DNA from: Octopus bimaculoides
Taxonomy: Eukaryota
Length of the DNA stretch: 64,000 nucleotides
Direction: 5' to 3'
Assembly: GCF_001194135.2 (NCBI RefSeq)
Contig: NC_069006.1
Span: forward strand, 6,599,793-6,663,792
The notes under the pieces are model-generated. The model was not told the origin of the DNA. It made no database searches and worked only from the letters and a program-made list of their open reading frames with translations. Shown piece after piece: positions 1-12,920 of the stretch (positions are counted from its first letter, which is position 1; the number at the start of each line of letters is the position of its first letter). A program made the position numbers and the translations under genes.

Positions 1-74
1 ATTATAACAAATGAAAACCAAAATCTAATTCTAGAGTTTTACTCTTTGGTTAAAGTCTTTTCTTATTTTTCTCT

Positions 75-270
75 CTTATTTGTTTTAGACATTTGGTGGT
101 TGTCATACTGGAGCACTGCATTGAAGGGCTTAGTTGAACAAATTCACCAACAGTACTTGATTTAAATCTGGCATTTATGCATCCATTCTCTATATGATGA
201 ACCACTAAGTTACGAGGATGTAAACACACCAACACCAATTTTCAAGTAGAGGTGTCAGGGAACAATTGGT

Positions 271-275
<5 letters not shown>
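75..275 (-). mobile_element. Family A SINE, decayed 3' half
   Basis: catactggagcactgc...gttgaacaaattcacc...actaagttacgaggatgtaaacacaccaacacc matches the reverse complement of the 3' body of the near-intact copy at 39226-39648. Confidence 0.75.

Positions 276-337
<62 letters not shown>
274..337. repeat. (CA)n microsatellite
   Basis: uninterrupted CA run. Confidence 0.97.
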
Positions 338-454
338 CTTCAAGTTTTGAGGTCATGCTGATTCAGATAAATGAAAAGTAAAATTTTTTCTTCAATATTC
401 CAGCAGATGAAGGGTTTTTGGGGAGACATATTCAGCACTGGGTGCTTTGTTTAA

Positions 455-570
455 CATCCAAGACAATCATGATCATCATTTAACATCCGCCTTCTATGCT
501 AGCATAGGTGGGATGGTTTCACAAGAGCCAGCTAGGCTGAAGCCTGCACCAGACATCTGTTGTAAAAGAT
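455..570 (-). mobile_element. RTE-tail element fragment
   Basis: catcatttaacatccgccttctatgctagcat...cctgcaccag is the reverse complement of the tail at 59470-59567. Confidence 0.7.
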
Positions 571-1500
571 TTTATGACAGAAATCAGGGACTTTGGTACT
601 TTCATAGTATACCATCCACAGAGTTTATAGTATCTTTAATTTTGGATTCTTTAGAGATAAAATGGTCAACATTCTACATCTGGAAGATCCTTTATGTCCT
701 TCTGCTAAAATTATATATTCTTAGAAAAGAATTCCAGTAACAACTTGAGTACCATATGTTAGAAATTAACCAAAACTTTGTAGTTGTTTCTAAAGGAATT
801 GAAAGCAGATTGGGTGTCCTTTGTTCTGGAATGTTGGTACATACAGCTATTAAATCCAAATCCATGCTTTTAAACTGTTATGTTATTTTTTTGGTTACTT
901 TTTGAGATTCCAAATTATTCTTCTCTCTCCAACAAGATATCCTCAAACGATGATCTGAACTTCTAAATTTATTTCATCGACTTTATTTTTTTAAATTCAT
1001 TTTTGGACAGTTGTGACAATCAGTAAGAACCCATTATGGTGAAGAGGTTGGTTGTAAAAACGTTGATGAATTTCCAATATTAAATTGTTACATTAATATA
1101 TTTCCATGCAACAAGGTTTCTTTTTTCTTGTTTTTTTTTTTTTGTATCGTTTTATTAATTATTGTTATCTGCATAACTACTCCAATTTTGTCTTCAAGTA
1201 TTTTAAAAATATTGCTTGTGAATCAAGCATTTTAAACAAGGTTAAGTGAAATAGGTACAGCAATAGTTTTTGTAAGATAAAATTAGATAATATATATAAT
1301 AGCTATTCATTGTGTTACCAGTACTCAATGCCTCGTGAATTAAAAGTAAAACAATATCCTCCAGGATTTGAACCCAGGAACATAATACACTGGGTACAAT
1401 TGCATAGAAATATTAAAATTATTACTGTATGTTTCATTCAAACCCATCCTTAAAACCGTTCCTTTCATCTGTCTCACCTCATTCTTCACTAGCTCATTCC

Positions 1501-1534
<34 letters not shown>

Positions 1535-2832
1535 TCCACCTTCAAAAATTAAAACAAGGAAATAAGTTTGATGAAGCGGAGATATTAAAATAGTAGTTTA
1601 AAACAAGATGAAACTAAGCAAAAATGAGAGAAAGAGAGAGTGGGGGTGGATTATATAGAAGGTGAGGAAGATGTTAAGAAAAAGATAAAGATATTAATAT
1701 TTTCTAAATATTTGTGATGTTCACAGGCAATATTAATCATCAACAGATGCTGTTCATCTCAATACTAAAAACAGTATAGTATGAAGAATATAGTTGCTTA
1801 AAGGCAATAAGAAAGTAGATTGTACTTAAGAGAATGTATTCTCTCATACAATAATAACTCTACTGTTTAGTCTTCCGATATAAACATCACAATTGTTTGT
1901 AGAACAACTATTCAGATTTTCTTGTGCTAATTTTCCAATCAACTAATTCTTTGCTCCTTAACTGATTGCTTAAAGCAAGCTATGTTTGTAATTCCACAAT
2001 GTATTGCTCACATCAAATTGACACAACAGTTTGTATAATGCTGAAGTTTACTGGTAGAAATGATTGACTTATTTCATTGCTTTCACCAATAAATAATGTG
2101 AGGAAACAAGACACGTTTGATAACAATCACCCCACACACACACACTACATACACCACACACATGTAATTCCTTAACCAATAAAAGGAGAATGGTAGATAC
2201 AGCAGCACGTGCACACACACATTTGGAATGAACATGTAATGATGTTTCATAGTAATATTTATTATCAATGACTAATGTAAAACCTAAGATAAAGTGGAGT
2301 AGGTTGATGTTTACAGGAAAAAAAACCCCCAAATATCTAACATCTAAAGTAATACTCTTATTTGAGGAATGAGTGATTCGTTCCCCCTTTGTTCTTCATC
2401 TAGATGACCCTACATGAAACAAATTTCCATTCACACAACACATCAAAGATTGCAATTTTATGAATATTTTTCTATGAACTAGCAATGCAATCAAACTCAG
2501 GTGACCATATTAGAATGGTTGACATTCCAGTTAAGCTTCGAAGCATAATCTTATATGAAGGAAGATTAACAGGATTCATAAAAAAAATATATCAAAAATC
2601 CTCTCCCCTTGCTGTAACTATAATTATTATCTAACATTTATTTTAATAGGTTTTTTTTGGGGGGTGGGGCGGTAATTAGACAGCTCATGGTGGAGCCATT
2701 TCAATAACTGAAACTCTGCTACTGGTTAACTTCCTGGCAGATATCCATTCAGTTAGTCTCCTTTCCAAACTATCCAGCAAAACACAGAACTAGTCTCAAG
2801 ACAAAATTTCTCTATTTTCAATTACGTTTTAC

Positions 2833-3188
2833 ATTTTATTTGTTTCAGTTATGGGATTGTGGCCATGCTGGTGCACCACCATGAAGGGCTTACTTGAACA
2901 AATTGACACCAGGACTTATTTTTAGGTTTGGTAATTAGTCCATCTGTCTTTTTGGCTGAACTGCAAAAAACTAACACCAGTTATCAGGTGGTGAGGAAAA
3001 ACAAACACACACACACACATGCAACAGGATACCACACAATTCAAATTTGCAACAAGATTCCACACATAGAATCAAACTTGCTCTCAAGGCATTGGTCAGT
3101 GCAGGGCTATAGCAGCAAACACTTGTCCAAGGTGCCATGCAGTAGGACTGTACCAAAACCACATGGTGGCAAAGCAACCTTAACTACC
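2833..3188 (-). mobile_element. Family A tRNA-headed SINE, decayed
   Basis: tttcagttatgggattgtggccatgctgg ... acacttgtccaaggtgccatgcagtaggactgtaccaaaaccacatgg; internal (CA)n. Confidence 0.85.
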
Positions 3189-3233
3189 TAGACCTCACCA
3201 TCAATTAAATGATGATCACATCTCACTATATAT

Positions 3234-3420
3234 CAGTGTTCTGCAAACAGTATGCCATGGCACACTGGTGTGCCATCAGACGATGCTAAGTGTGCCACAG
3301 TGTAACCTGAAAATAATTTTTTTCCCCTATAGTTTAAGTTATATTTTTAGTTCTGGTGTGCCACTGAATTCTGGAAAGAATATAAGTGTACCACAGGCGG
3401 AAAAAGGTTGCAGAGCTCTG
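3234..3420. mobile_element. hAT (Charlie-like) MITE, 187 bp
   Basis: TIRs CAGTGTTCTGCAAAC / GGTTGCAGAGCTCTG; 8-bp flanks ctatatat (3226-3233) and ctctatat (3421-3428), 7/8 identical, fitting an hAT TSD. Confidence 0.8.
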
Positions 3421-4957
3421 CTCTATATCAATAACTTCTTAATGTCAAGTGAACTCCCTTTTTTATATACATATAAAGTCAGTTCCATTGATATTACAGA
3501 AATTATAGCAATATTCAAACATAATTTTATTTATTTACATATTATTACAATGTTTTACATTTTTTTTTATTTAATTGATATTTCATGTCAGAACTTGAGT
3601 TTGTGGGTGGGTAATTATCAGTGATGCCAGTGAAAAGCAATAACTACTAGCACTGTTGGGGAAAAACCCTAAATTCAAAATTTTAATTTGTCATTATTTA
3701 GAATTAAAAGTTATTGGTAAGGAACAAGAATTAAACAAAACAAAAACAGCTTATTAATTATAAACATCATCTAAATAATAAATGTGCATGTCTGAGTTGA
3801 TAACACGAAAGAATGGGAGATTAAATACTAAATTACCCTAATTTTTATATTATATGTTTCCTTTTCTATTGTAATCTTGTCTAAATTTATGTGGCCTTAC
3901 ATCTTTATGAGATTGGTAAACGAAGTACAAGTAATATAGCAGTGTTGTGTTGAAAATGTCCATGTACAATAGCAATACACATTTGGCTACAAGTCAACGG
4001 AAGGAGAACCTCACATTGTCTGGAGCAAATTTCTAAATATATGCACATACAAACATGCACACACACAAACACTGAATGCCTAAAGGGGAAGAAAGGGAGA
4101 CGTCAGTATAACAATAGGTAGGACTGTGCTTTGTCTCTTATCTTTCACTAGATTCAATGTATGTTCACCTAAATAGAATAAAGATTTTTAGGTTTGGCTA
4201 TATTTTAAATCCATTTGACACACACACACACCTTCACGAACTACTGTGTATCTAATTATATCACTATAGTAGGAAGAAAAACCAAACTAAAACAAGAAGA
4301 CTGATCGATAAACGAGAAGATAAGAAAAGGAGAAGATTTTGTATTTTTAATGGCATATGTCATGTGTTAATGGACACAGGTTATGTCCATGTTTTAAAGT
4401 AGCCACTCAGAAGAGATCCTAGCGAGAGGAACAGAAACAATGGCTTAATCCCTCTTGACAGCTAATCCGTTCTTGTTTAACTCTTTCAAGGGAGGATTTA
4501 TCTAATGATTTTTGTTTTCTATTGTCGAGGTTGTAGATTGGAAATGCATTGTTTGGTTTTTCCACCTCATACACAACTACGACTGGAAGTTATAAGCTTG
4601 CAGATGAAAAGATATAAGCAAAACAAAAACATCAGAGCTATCACATCAGAGATCATTTATAATTACATATGAGATGACATGATCATATTAATTCGATATT
4701 ATACACAGTTTGGTTTGTATAAATGTAACCCCTGTGAGACCACAGTGTCAGAAAGGTGTACATGGAGTAATAATACATAACAGAGCTACGCCCTATTATA
4801 TAGTGATGCTTACAGCAATAGAAATAATAAATATACATTTGTTAAACATCTATTTCTCTTAGTTAATATGAGTTGGGAGAGTTTCTCTTCTTGTTGCCAA
4901 CCTTTAACTGCTTTAGAAGGCTTTTTTTAAAGTTTTATATAAATATATCTTTTTATC

Positions 4958-5256
4958 TATTATTTTTTTTACTTGTTCCAGTCATTAGACTACGGTCATG
5001 CTGGGACCTTGAAGAATTTTTGTTGAATGAATTGACCCCAGTAGACATATTTTTTTAAGCTTGCTACTTATTCTATCATTCTCTGTTGCTGAACTGCTAA
5101 GTTACAGAGACATGAACACACACATATACAGTTTCTGTCTACTAAATCTGCTCACAAGGCTGAGGTTATAGTGGAAGACACCTGTCCAATGTGTCACACT
5201 GGGACTGAACCCAGAACAATGTGGTGGGAAGCAAACTTTTTACCACACAGCCATGC

Positions 5257-5257
<1 letters not shown>
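4958..5257 (-). mobile_element. Family A SINE with internal deletion
   Basis: gtcattagactacggtcatgctggg ... gggactgaacccagaacaatgtggtgggaagcaaacttttaccacacagccatg. Confidence 0.88.
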
Positions 5258-5296
<39 letters not shown>

Positions 5297-5301
<5 letters not shown>

Positions 5302-5420
5302 TCATCATCATCATCATCGTTTAACGTCCGCTTTCCATGCTAGCATNNNNNNNNNNCAGCCCAGTCAAACCGTCCAACCCATGCCAGCATCTACAACAGA
5401 TTTTAAAGGGTGATGATGAT
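5297..5420. mobile_element. Two RTE-tail ends in opposite orientation across a 10-N gap
   Basis: (CAT)n-gtttaacgtccgctttccatgctagcat at 5297-5346 (minus) and cagtcaaaccgtccaacccatgccagcat...(GAT)n at 5357-5420 (plus). Confidence 0.8.
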
Positions 5421-5589
5421 GAGATATATATAAATATAATGTATGTACATACATATATATATATAACAATACAGCAGAAATACTGGGTTAATTACCCGTA
5501 CAAAGAAGAAAACTTTGTTAACAACCATCCATGGGACTTGAACCCATGTCACTGAAAGACTCTGACTGAGTGCTTTATCATTAAGCTAA

Positions 5590-5950
5590 ACTGTCTGTTG
5601 TGTGGCGAAGTAGCTTGCTTTGTAATCCTATGGTTTCAGGTTTAGTATCCCCGTGGGACACCTTGGGCAAGTGTCTTTCATTATAGCCCAATGCTGACTC
5701 ATGCCTTGTAAGAAAAAAATAGAGAAAACTGTAAGGAAGCCCAAAATTTGTGTGTGTGTGAGACAGTGATATGACGCTTATGTTCCTTAACATTACAATC
5801 GGTTGCTCTGTGCATTCAAGGACCTATTAGGATAAAAACATTTCCTAAAACCCAGGTAAGGCATCTAGAAGGACATCTGGCCATATAATGGTGTCTCAGA
5901 ATAAGTCCCCATTCAACCCAGCTGGGAGAAACAGACATTAAACTAATGAA
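5590..5950 (+). mobile_element. Family A head with decayed RTE-like tail
   Basis: gttgtgtggcgaagtagcttgc...gggacaccttgggcaagtgtctttc; later gaaggacatctggccatataa...gaaacagacattaaac. Confidence 0.7.
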
Positions 5951-6151
5951 TACACACATCTATGAGGACAGGGCAATAAATGTTATTAATAAAACATATT
6001 TCTAGTGCTTGGTACATATTTCTCTGCAAAAAAGAATGTACAGTTGGTTAATATGTACAGCAATGTAAATAACAGTTCATAACTGTAGGAACACATCAAC
6101 CACTGTCTTTGGGGACTTGGAAATATGAAATTATAGGTATGGAAAGCTTCA

Positions 6152-6189
<38 letters not shown>

Positions 6190-7012
6190 CTGTCTGTCTG
6201 TCAATCTATGGTTGAATGAGTATCATAAATAACTCATTTTACTACTTTACATACAAACACCAACCAATCCGATTTTAATATTTATGATCAGCCTGCATGA
6301 CAAATTATCACTAAAAAACAATAAATAACTGTTTAATATTATATAGGTTTATCAAGAGAAACTATCGGAGTTATTTCGTTACAAATAACACTAAGAAAAA
6401 TAAGATACTTTCACCTTTTATAACTAAATGTATATTTTGATTAAAGATTTTTGTGATAGTCAGTGAACACCAAGCTGCAATTTTTCAATAAGCTAGCTCT
6501 TGTTTTACAAGTTCATAGCAACATTTTTGACAGCAATCCATCTCTAGTTACAGCATGATTCATGGAACAAGCATGTAAGAGTAACCCTGTTTCCTATAAA
6601 GGCAATCCAATATCACCTCTTCCACCAGCCCAACTCATCAGGGTTCAAATCAATATTTTTCAAAAGCAAAGTTCATTTAACAGGAAAAGAAGCAGGAGAA
6701 GATATATCAATACCTGTAGTTAAGCAAACAAGTTGGAAAAGAGATGGCAGAGGTGGTGGATTTGATGGTGTTGGTGGTGGAGGGGAAGTGACATTGGAAA
6801 CATCTCAAATTATGAGAGATGGGAATGCATGAGGACAAAGTAATTTTACTGTCTTCCTCTTATAAATTTACATTTTTTAAAAAAAACATATCAATAAATT
6901 ACCAACTCTGTATAAAGAGCAAAATTTGTAAAGGAAGCAAGTTCCAGTGGCACAGAGTTTAACAAATAAAATAGGACAGGTTATAGCTTAAATGTTAAAA
7001 GTACCAGCTTCA

Positions 7013-7400
7013 TTTTCATCATCATTTTTAACATCCACTTTTCCATACTTGCACAAGTCAGATGGAATTTAAGGCGGATTTTCTATGGCTGGATGCCCTT
7101 CCTGTCACCAACCCTCACTTGTTTCTAAGTAAGGTAATATTACCCTATGACCAAGCATTTTCAAGGATGGGAAATGAAGGTTACCACTTGCATGACAATA
7201 TTGGCTCCTTTACAACTATCATGCAATGTCAAGAAAATAGTAAAACACACACACACATGATGGGCTTCTTTTCCGTTTCTGACAACCAAATCCACTCACA
7301 AGGCTTTGGTTGACCCGGCACTATAGTAAAAACACTTGCACAAGGTGACGCCGGGGGTGTGAACCCAGAAGCTTCTTACCACACAGCCATGCTTATACCT
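7013..7400 (-). mobile_element. SINE with family A head and core but RTE-type 3' body
   Basis: head gcttcttaccacacagccatg and core ccactcacaaggctttggttgacc joined to ggctggatgcccttcctgtcaccaacc...catcatcatttttaacatcc. Confidence 0.85.
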
Positions 7401-7933
7401 TGAGTGTAAAAATTGTGTTGCAAGAAACGTCTGACACAGTTCTTTACTGCATGGTTTGAGTTATCACATTGAATCTTAGAATCATAGTTTCCACAGAGTA
7501 AAATTGGTAACAGAGTTTCATAGAATTGTCCAGCTCCTGCTAAATTGGTAATGATAATAATGATAAGTAATTATCAATCAATAGATCAGATAAGTTACTA
7601 ATATGCCTGTGTAAATAGCCATATTAATTTTGATAAAGCTAAACTGTGTTTATGAGTTAGTGCAGCTGCACTAGATAGTGCCTTGTTCTAGCAAGTGGGA
7701 GAGTGTACTTGGCAGCTAATATACTAGCTCAGGTCAGAAACCTTTTGGACAAAATGTGTTCACTTTTGTGGCCAGTTAATTTATTAATCTGTACAGTTCT
7801 ATGGTTTCATGGTAACGTTTGATTATGTTGTTACTGTACTAATTATTAGCTTTAATGGGGAACTAAATCTTGTCAACATATATTGGTTTCATTTCCTAAA
7901 AGTATTTTATCCCCACCACCACCACCACGTCCG

Positions 7934-7947
7934 CTGCCACCTGTTGG
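7934..7947 (-). promoter_or_regulatory. Possible CTCF-binding motif
   Basis: minus strand CCAACAGGTGGCAG matches CCASYAGRKGGCRS at 13/14; single motif, no functional data. Confidence 0.25.
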
Positions 7948-8479
7948 AGACTGTCTCTTCAGGCATACCATTCTTCAATGTTAATTGCTAAACATCACAT
8001 TATTTACTCAACAATTGCCAGATGTAAATATAGCAGGGGTAGTTGTGCTTAGACACAAAAATAGCAACATTATAGGAGCAACTGTGATTATATTGCGCTG
8101 TGTGTGTATGTGTGCATGTATCTTATTTTGTGTGTGTGTGTTTGTATTTTAGAGGATAAGAATGAGTAAATATATGCTTTCTTATCAAGAAAAGCATATG
8201 CATACATGAAATAATTAATTTCTTTTTCGTTTTTGCTTTTTTTGTTTTTGTTTTTGTCTTCTTAAATCAAAATAATACCCATTCAGGAAAGTCAGCAAGC
8301 AGAAACAAAACATTAAAATTCTTTATTCAAAGAAAGAAACCAAATATATGAATTTCTTGGTAATTAACTTGGTAAATAAAAATGTTGCACACACACACAT
8401 ATATATTTACATACACATACATATATATATATATGTATATATATGTGTGTACATTATATATATATATATATATATATAT

Positions 8480-8660
8480 NNNNNNNNNNNNNNNNNNNNN
8501 NNNNNNNNNNNNNNNNNNNNNNNNNNNNNNNNNNNNNNNNNNNNNNNNNNNNNNNNNNNNNNNNNNNNNNNNNNNNNNNNNNNNNNNNNNNNNNNNNNNN
8601 NNNNNNNNNNNNNNNNNNNNNNNNNNNNNNNNNNNNNNNNNNNNNNNNNNNNNNNNNNNN
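8480..8660. other. Assembly gap (N run); others at 5347-5356, 9651-10246, 12943-13699, 17275-17481, ~29939-29949, 31063-31072, 49923-49967, 55760-55785, 58106-58388
   Basis: N characters, mostly flanked by (TA)n, (GT)n or homopolymer runs. Confidence 0.99.
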
Positions 8661-9244
8661 AAAAAAAAAAAAAAGAAAGAAAGAAAGAAAGAAAAGTGAC
8701 ATGAATGTATGTAGAAAAGCTTATCTAAATTTATAGATGAAATTGATATAATTTCCTGCCTTAGTTGCTGAACTAACAATGATATAACTTGAAGAAAGAT
8801 AACAAATATCAATATGATAGAAAATTAAATGTCAAAAGACAACACGTTTCTTGCTAAATTCTAAAATGTTGTTCTTCCTTTGAGAATACATGACTAAAAG
8901 TAGCGCTGTTACCACTAATCTCAAGTGGTTTCAATTGCTGGTTGAAATATATTATAGTTTTGTGAGTTAGCAAATCAGTATTTATGGTAGTTTTATATAT
9001 TCTAGAGGTTTTAAAACATTACCTGTCTGATAATATTTCACATTAGTTTCAGTTGTTTTATTCATTTCTGTTTCATGCGTTCGGTTTTTGGTTGAGGTTT
9101 AAGCTTCAGGTTTTTAGGGCAAAGAAACTGTTGTCCCTTGTCTGAGTGAATTAAGGAAGGAAATAAACTTGGAAAGAATTTGGGTAAGGAACTGTAAACC
9201 TATTTAAAATAGATATAGAGTATTGGTGTCTTCTTCCGGCTAAG

Positions 9245-9460
9245 ATAATTTGTGTTTGTCCCCCATCACTGCTTGACAACGAATGTTGTTTTGTTTATAT
9301 TCCAGTAACTTAGCAGTTCAACAAAAAAGACCAATAGAATAAATACTAAACTTTTAAAAAAAAAGTGAGAGAAGTACTGGTGGCATTTTGTTGGACTAAA
9401 AAGCCTTCAAAGGACTGCCCCAGCATGGACGTTGTCAAATTACAGACAAAGCAAAAGATA
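9245..9460 (+). mobile_element. Family A SINE, 3' half
   Basis: tgtgtttgtccccatcactgcttgacaac...taacttagcagttcaacaaaaaagaccaatagaataa...gccccagcatgg. Confidence 0.85.
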
Positions 9461-10246
9461 TATATATATTAACATAATATGGTAAAAATTCGATATTAAT
9501 TAATATCAATTTAATACCAGGAAACTAGCACATTAAAAGAATCAGAAGGTTCTTGAAAAAATTTTTTGGCAGATCCTAAAAAGATTATAGTACTTGTGTA
9601 TATAAGATTGACCAGTGACCGGTCTGTCAAAATGCTAGAAGAAGCATTTTNNNNNNNNNNNNNNNNNNNNNNNNNNNNNNNNNNNNNNNNNNNNNNNNNN
9701 NNNNNNNNNNNNNNNNNNNNNNNNNNNNNNNNNNNNNNNNNNNNNNNNNNNNNNNNNNNNNNNNNNNNNNNNNNNNNNNNNNNNNNNNNNNNNNNNNNNN
9801 NNNNNNNNNNNNNNNNNNNNNNNNNNNNNNNNNNNNNNNNNNNNNNNNNNNNNNNNNNNNNNNNNNNNNNNNNNNNNNNNNNNNNNNNNNNNNNNNNNNN
9901 NNNNNNNNNNNNNNNNNNNNNNNNNNNNNNNNNNNNNNNNNNNNNNNNNNNNNNNNNNNNNNNNNNNNNNNNNNNNNNNNNNNNNNNNNNNNNNNNNNNN
10001 NNNNNNNNNNNNNNNNNNNNNNNNNNNNNNNNNNNNNNNNNNNNNNNNNNNNNNNNNNNNNNNNNNNNNNNNNNNNNNNNNNNNNNNNNNNNNNNNNNNN
10101 NNNNNNNNNNNNNNNNNNNNNNNNNNNNNNNNNNNNNNNNNNNNNNNNNNNNNNNNNNNNNNNNNNNNNNNNNNNNNNNNNNNNNNNNNNNNNNNNNNNN
10201 NNNNNNNNNNNNNNNNNNNNNNNNNNNNNNNNNNNNNNNNNNNNNN

Positions 10247-10285
<39 letters not shown>

Positions 10286-11289
10286 GCACATACATACATG
10301 CACACATTTTGTCCCTTCATAGTGAGGTGCACTTTTGGTTGGAGAATCAAAGTGAAGTGTGGAGCAAAATGGGTTAAGAAACATCTGAAGCTCAAGGTGA
10401 TTGGGAGAACTTCAAGAAATCTTCTCACTCTTGGCAACAAGAAGAATTCTTTCTATGTAAAAGATAGATTTTATAAGTTGCGTTAGCAGTACATTACTGT
10501 AAAGTAGCAAAATGAAAGATACACAATATTGAGAGGAAATGTTGTGATTCATTGCTTATAAACATAGTATGAAGTGGAGTAAAATGTGAGAAAATTGATC
10601 TGTGGGTTTGAAGAGCATTGATCAATGTTTCCAGAAGAGATGACTAATGCTGATGCAAATGATGATAAATAATAATTATTATTATATTAAAGTCTGTTTG
10701 TCTATTAATTACATATAAATATATCGCATTGAAATTATTGAGGATTTAGTCAATCTGGAAGACAAGATGAGACAAGTATCATTAGAATGTCATAGTTTTG
10801 GAATTTTTCTTTCATGCCAATATTGGATTGTCACTTTATACAGCACTGTTTCATACAAAAATTGCATGTGCATGCGCACGTGTGTGGGTTAATGTACGAA
10901 TGTATATGTAGTATATATGATGATGATATACACACACACACACATATATATATATATTACATGGAGATTACATAGAGAGAGTGCGAAGTATATTTTACAA
11001 TTTTATGACAGTGGTTTTCAGGAGACAGCCAAGCAAAAGATCTACTTTGCATCAAAAACTCTGAAGTTATTTGGATTACAATTTACAAAACAATACAGAC
11101 ATCCATTTGAGACTGAAACCATCACAAGTGAAAAAAAAAAAATACAGAGTTCATAGATTGGTGACAAAAATTATATTAATATTTTAATACTTTTCTCAGG
11201 CTCTCTGAATAAATAGTAAGCAGGGTGAGAGGGCAGACAAGAGAATTCTAGCAATTTACAGAGAAAAAAAATTGATTGAAATTCTTTAT

Positions 11290-11600
11290 ATTTTATCTTT
11301 TGTCTGTCATTGGTCTGTGGCCATGCTGGGGCACAACCTTGAAGAATTTAGTCAAACAAATCGATTCCAGCACTTAATTTTCTTTTTTAAGGTCTCGTGC
11401 TTATCCTATCGATTAGCTGAATTGCTAAGTTATAGGAACATAAATAAACCAACACTGGTTGTCCAGAAATGGTGGGAATGCACACACACACACACACATG
11501 TACAATAGGCTTCTTTCAGTTTCTGTCTACCAACCCCACCCACAAGGCTTTGGTCATCATGAGACTATAATAGAAGACATATCTTACTACACAGTCACAG
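11290..11600 (-). mobile_element. Family A SINE, decayed
   Basis: ctgtggccatgctggggcacaacc...gggcttctttcagtttctgtctacc-like core...actataatagaagacat. Confidence 0.85.
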
Positions 11601-11620
11601 CCAAATTGATCAAAATTATA

Positions 11621-11857
11621 TAGTAATCCCGCACCATATCACGGTTCACCTATTGTGGTTCATCTATCACAGTTTATTATTTAAGCTTACATCGATTCCT
11701 CCGTGATGTTGTTTTGCATTTATAATAAAATAAATATATACAAATTATAAAAATAATATAAGAAAATATACAGTACAGTACTGTCTCTACTTCATGGATT
11801 TTCCCCTATTGCAGAGGGTTTTGGAATGTAACACCCACGATAGTCAGGGGATTACTG
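11621..11857. mobile_element. Tc1/mariner (Tigger/pogo-like) MITE, 237 bp
   Basis: imperfect TIRs tagtaatcccgcaccatatcacg / cacgatagtcaggggattactg; TA at 11619-11620 and 11858-11859. Confidence 0.75.
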
Positions 11858-12544
11858 TAATCAATTACAAATTACTATTTTTTTTTTTTATTAATTAACA
11901 GAAAAGAGAAACGATAATTTTTCTAATTCCAATCATTTCATACTTTTTTCTCTTTTATTTCATGGACAAATTTTATTAACAATCCCATCAATTTCCACTT
12001 GTGATGTAGAACATTGTTCATATAAATCACGTAAACATGGCCATGCTGATGTGACATATATTGTACTAGCAGTAGATGGAGAATTGATGATGACATATTG
12101 CCAATAGTTTCAAGGTTCTGTTTTGTGATTGTATTATCATTTTGGGAATGATATTTAATGAATTCAAATATTTTATCACTATACAAACTCACTCACTCAC
12201 ACACATACATCTTGTGTACAGTTAGATGTATGACTGCTGCCATTGAGTTTAAAGCTCCACATAGATTATCATCATCCAGTCTGCTTCCAGGATAATAGTT
12301 AAGTAACTACTGTACTTAGTATTATTACTATTTATGATATGCAGAGCAAATGTAGGGGAAATTAAAATAAACACAAGATTGTATCATTTATTCCCTACAT
12401 ACGTTTCACCCTTATGGTTGTTTGGAAACTCTGCACTGAACAATTCCAAATGCATTTGGATGCTTACCCACAATGGGTCATCAGGAGAACATTTTATTGC
12501 ATTATGTTACAAAGAACAAATGTGTTTATCATTATCTCTTTTAT

Positions 12545-12920
12545 TCTTTTACTTGTTTCAATCATTTGACTGTGACCATGTTGGAGCACCACCTTTAGTC
12601 GAGCAAATTGACCCCAGGACTTATTCTTTGTAAGCCTAGTACTTATTCTATTGGTCTCTTTTGCTGAACTGCTAAGTTACGGAGACATAAAAACACCAGC
12701 ATCAGTTGCCAAGTGATGGTGGGGGGAAAAACACAGATACACACACACACACATATATATATACGATGGGCTTCTTTCAGTTTCTGTCTACGAAATCCAC
12801 TCACAAGGCTTTGGTCAGCCTGAGGCTATAGAAGAAGACACTTGCCCAAGGTGCCACGCAGTGGGACTGAACCTGGGACCATATGGTTGGTAAGCAAGCT
12901 ACTTACCACACAGCCACTCC
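12545..12920 (-). mobile_element. Family A SINE, near full length
   Basis: tttacttgtttcaatcatttgactgtgaccatgttggagcaccacc ... gtgggactgaacctgggaccatatggttggtaagcaagctacttaccacacagccactcc. Confidence 0.93.

Noticed and set aside
6714-6803. Minus-strand Pro-rich 90-nt exon (DVSNVTSPPPPTPSNPPPLP...)
   Set aside because: Requires a rare GAG acceptor; Pro richness comes from a (GGT)-type low-complexity patch.
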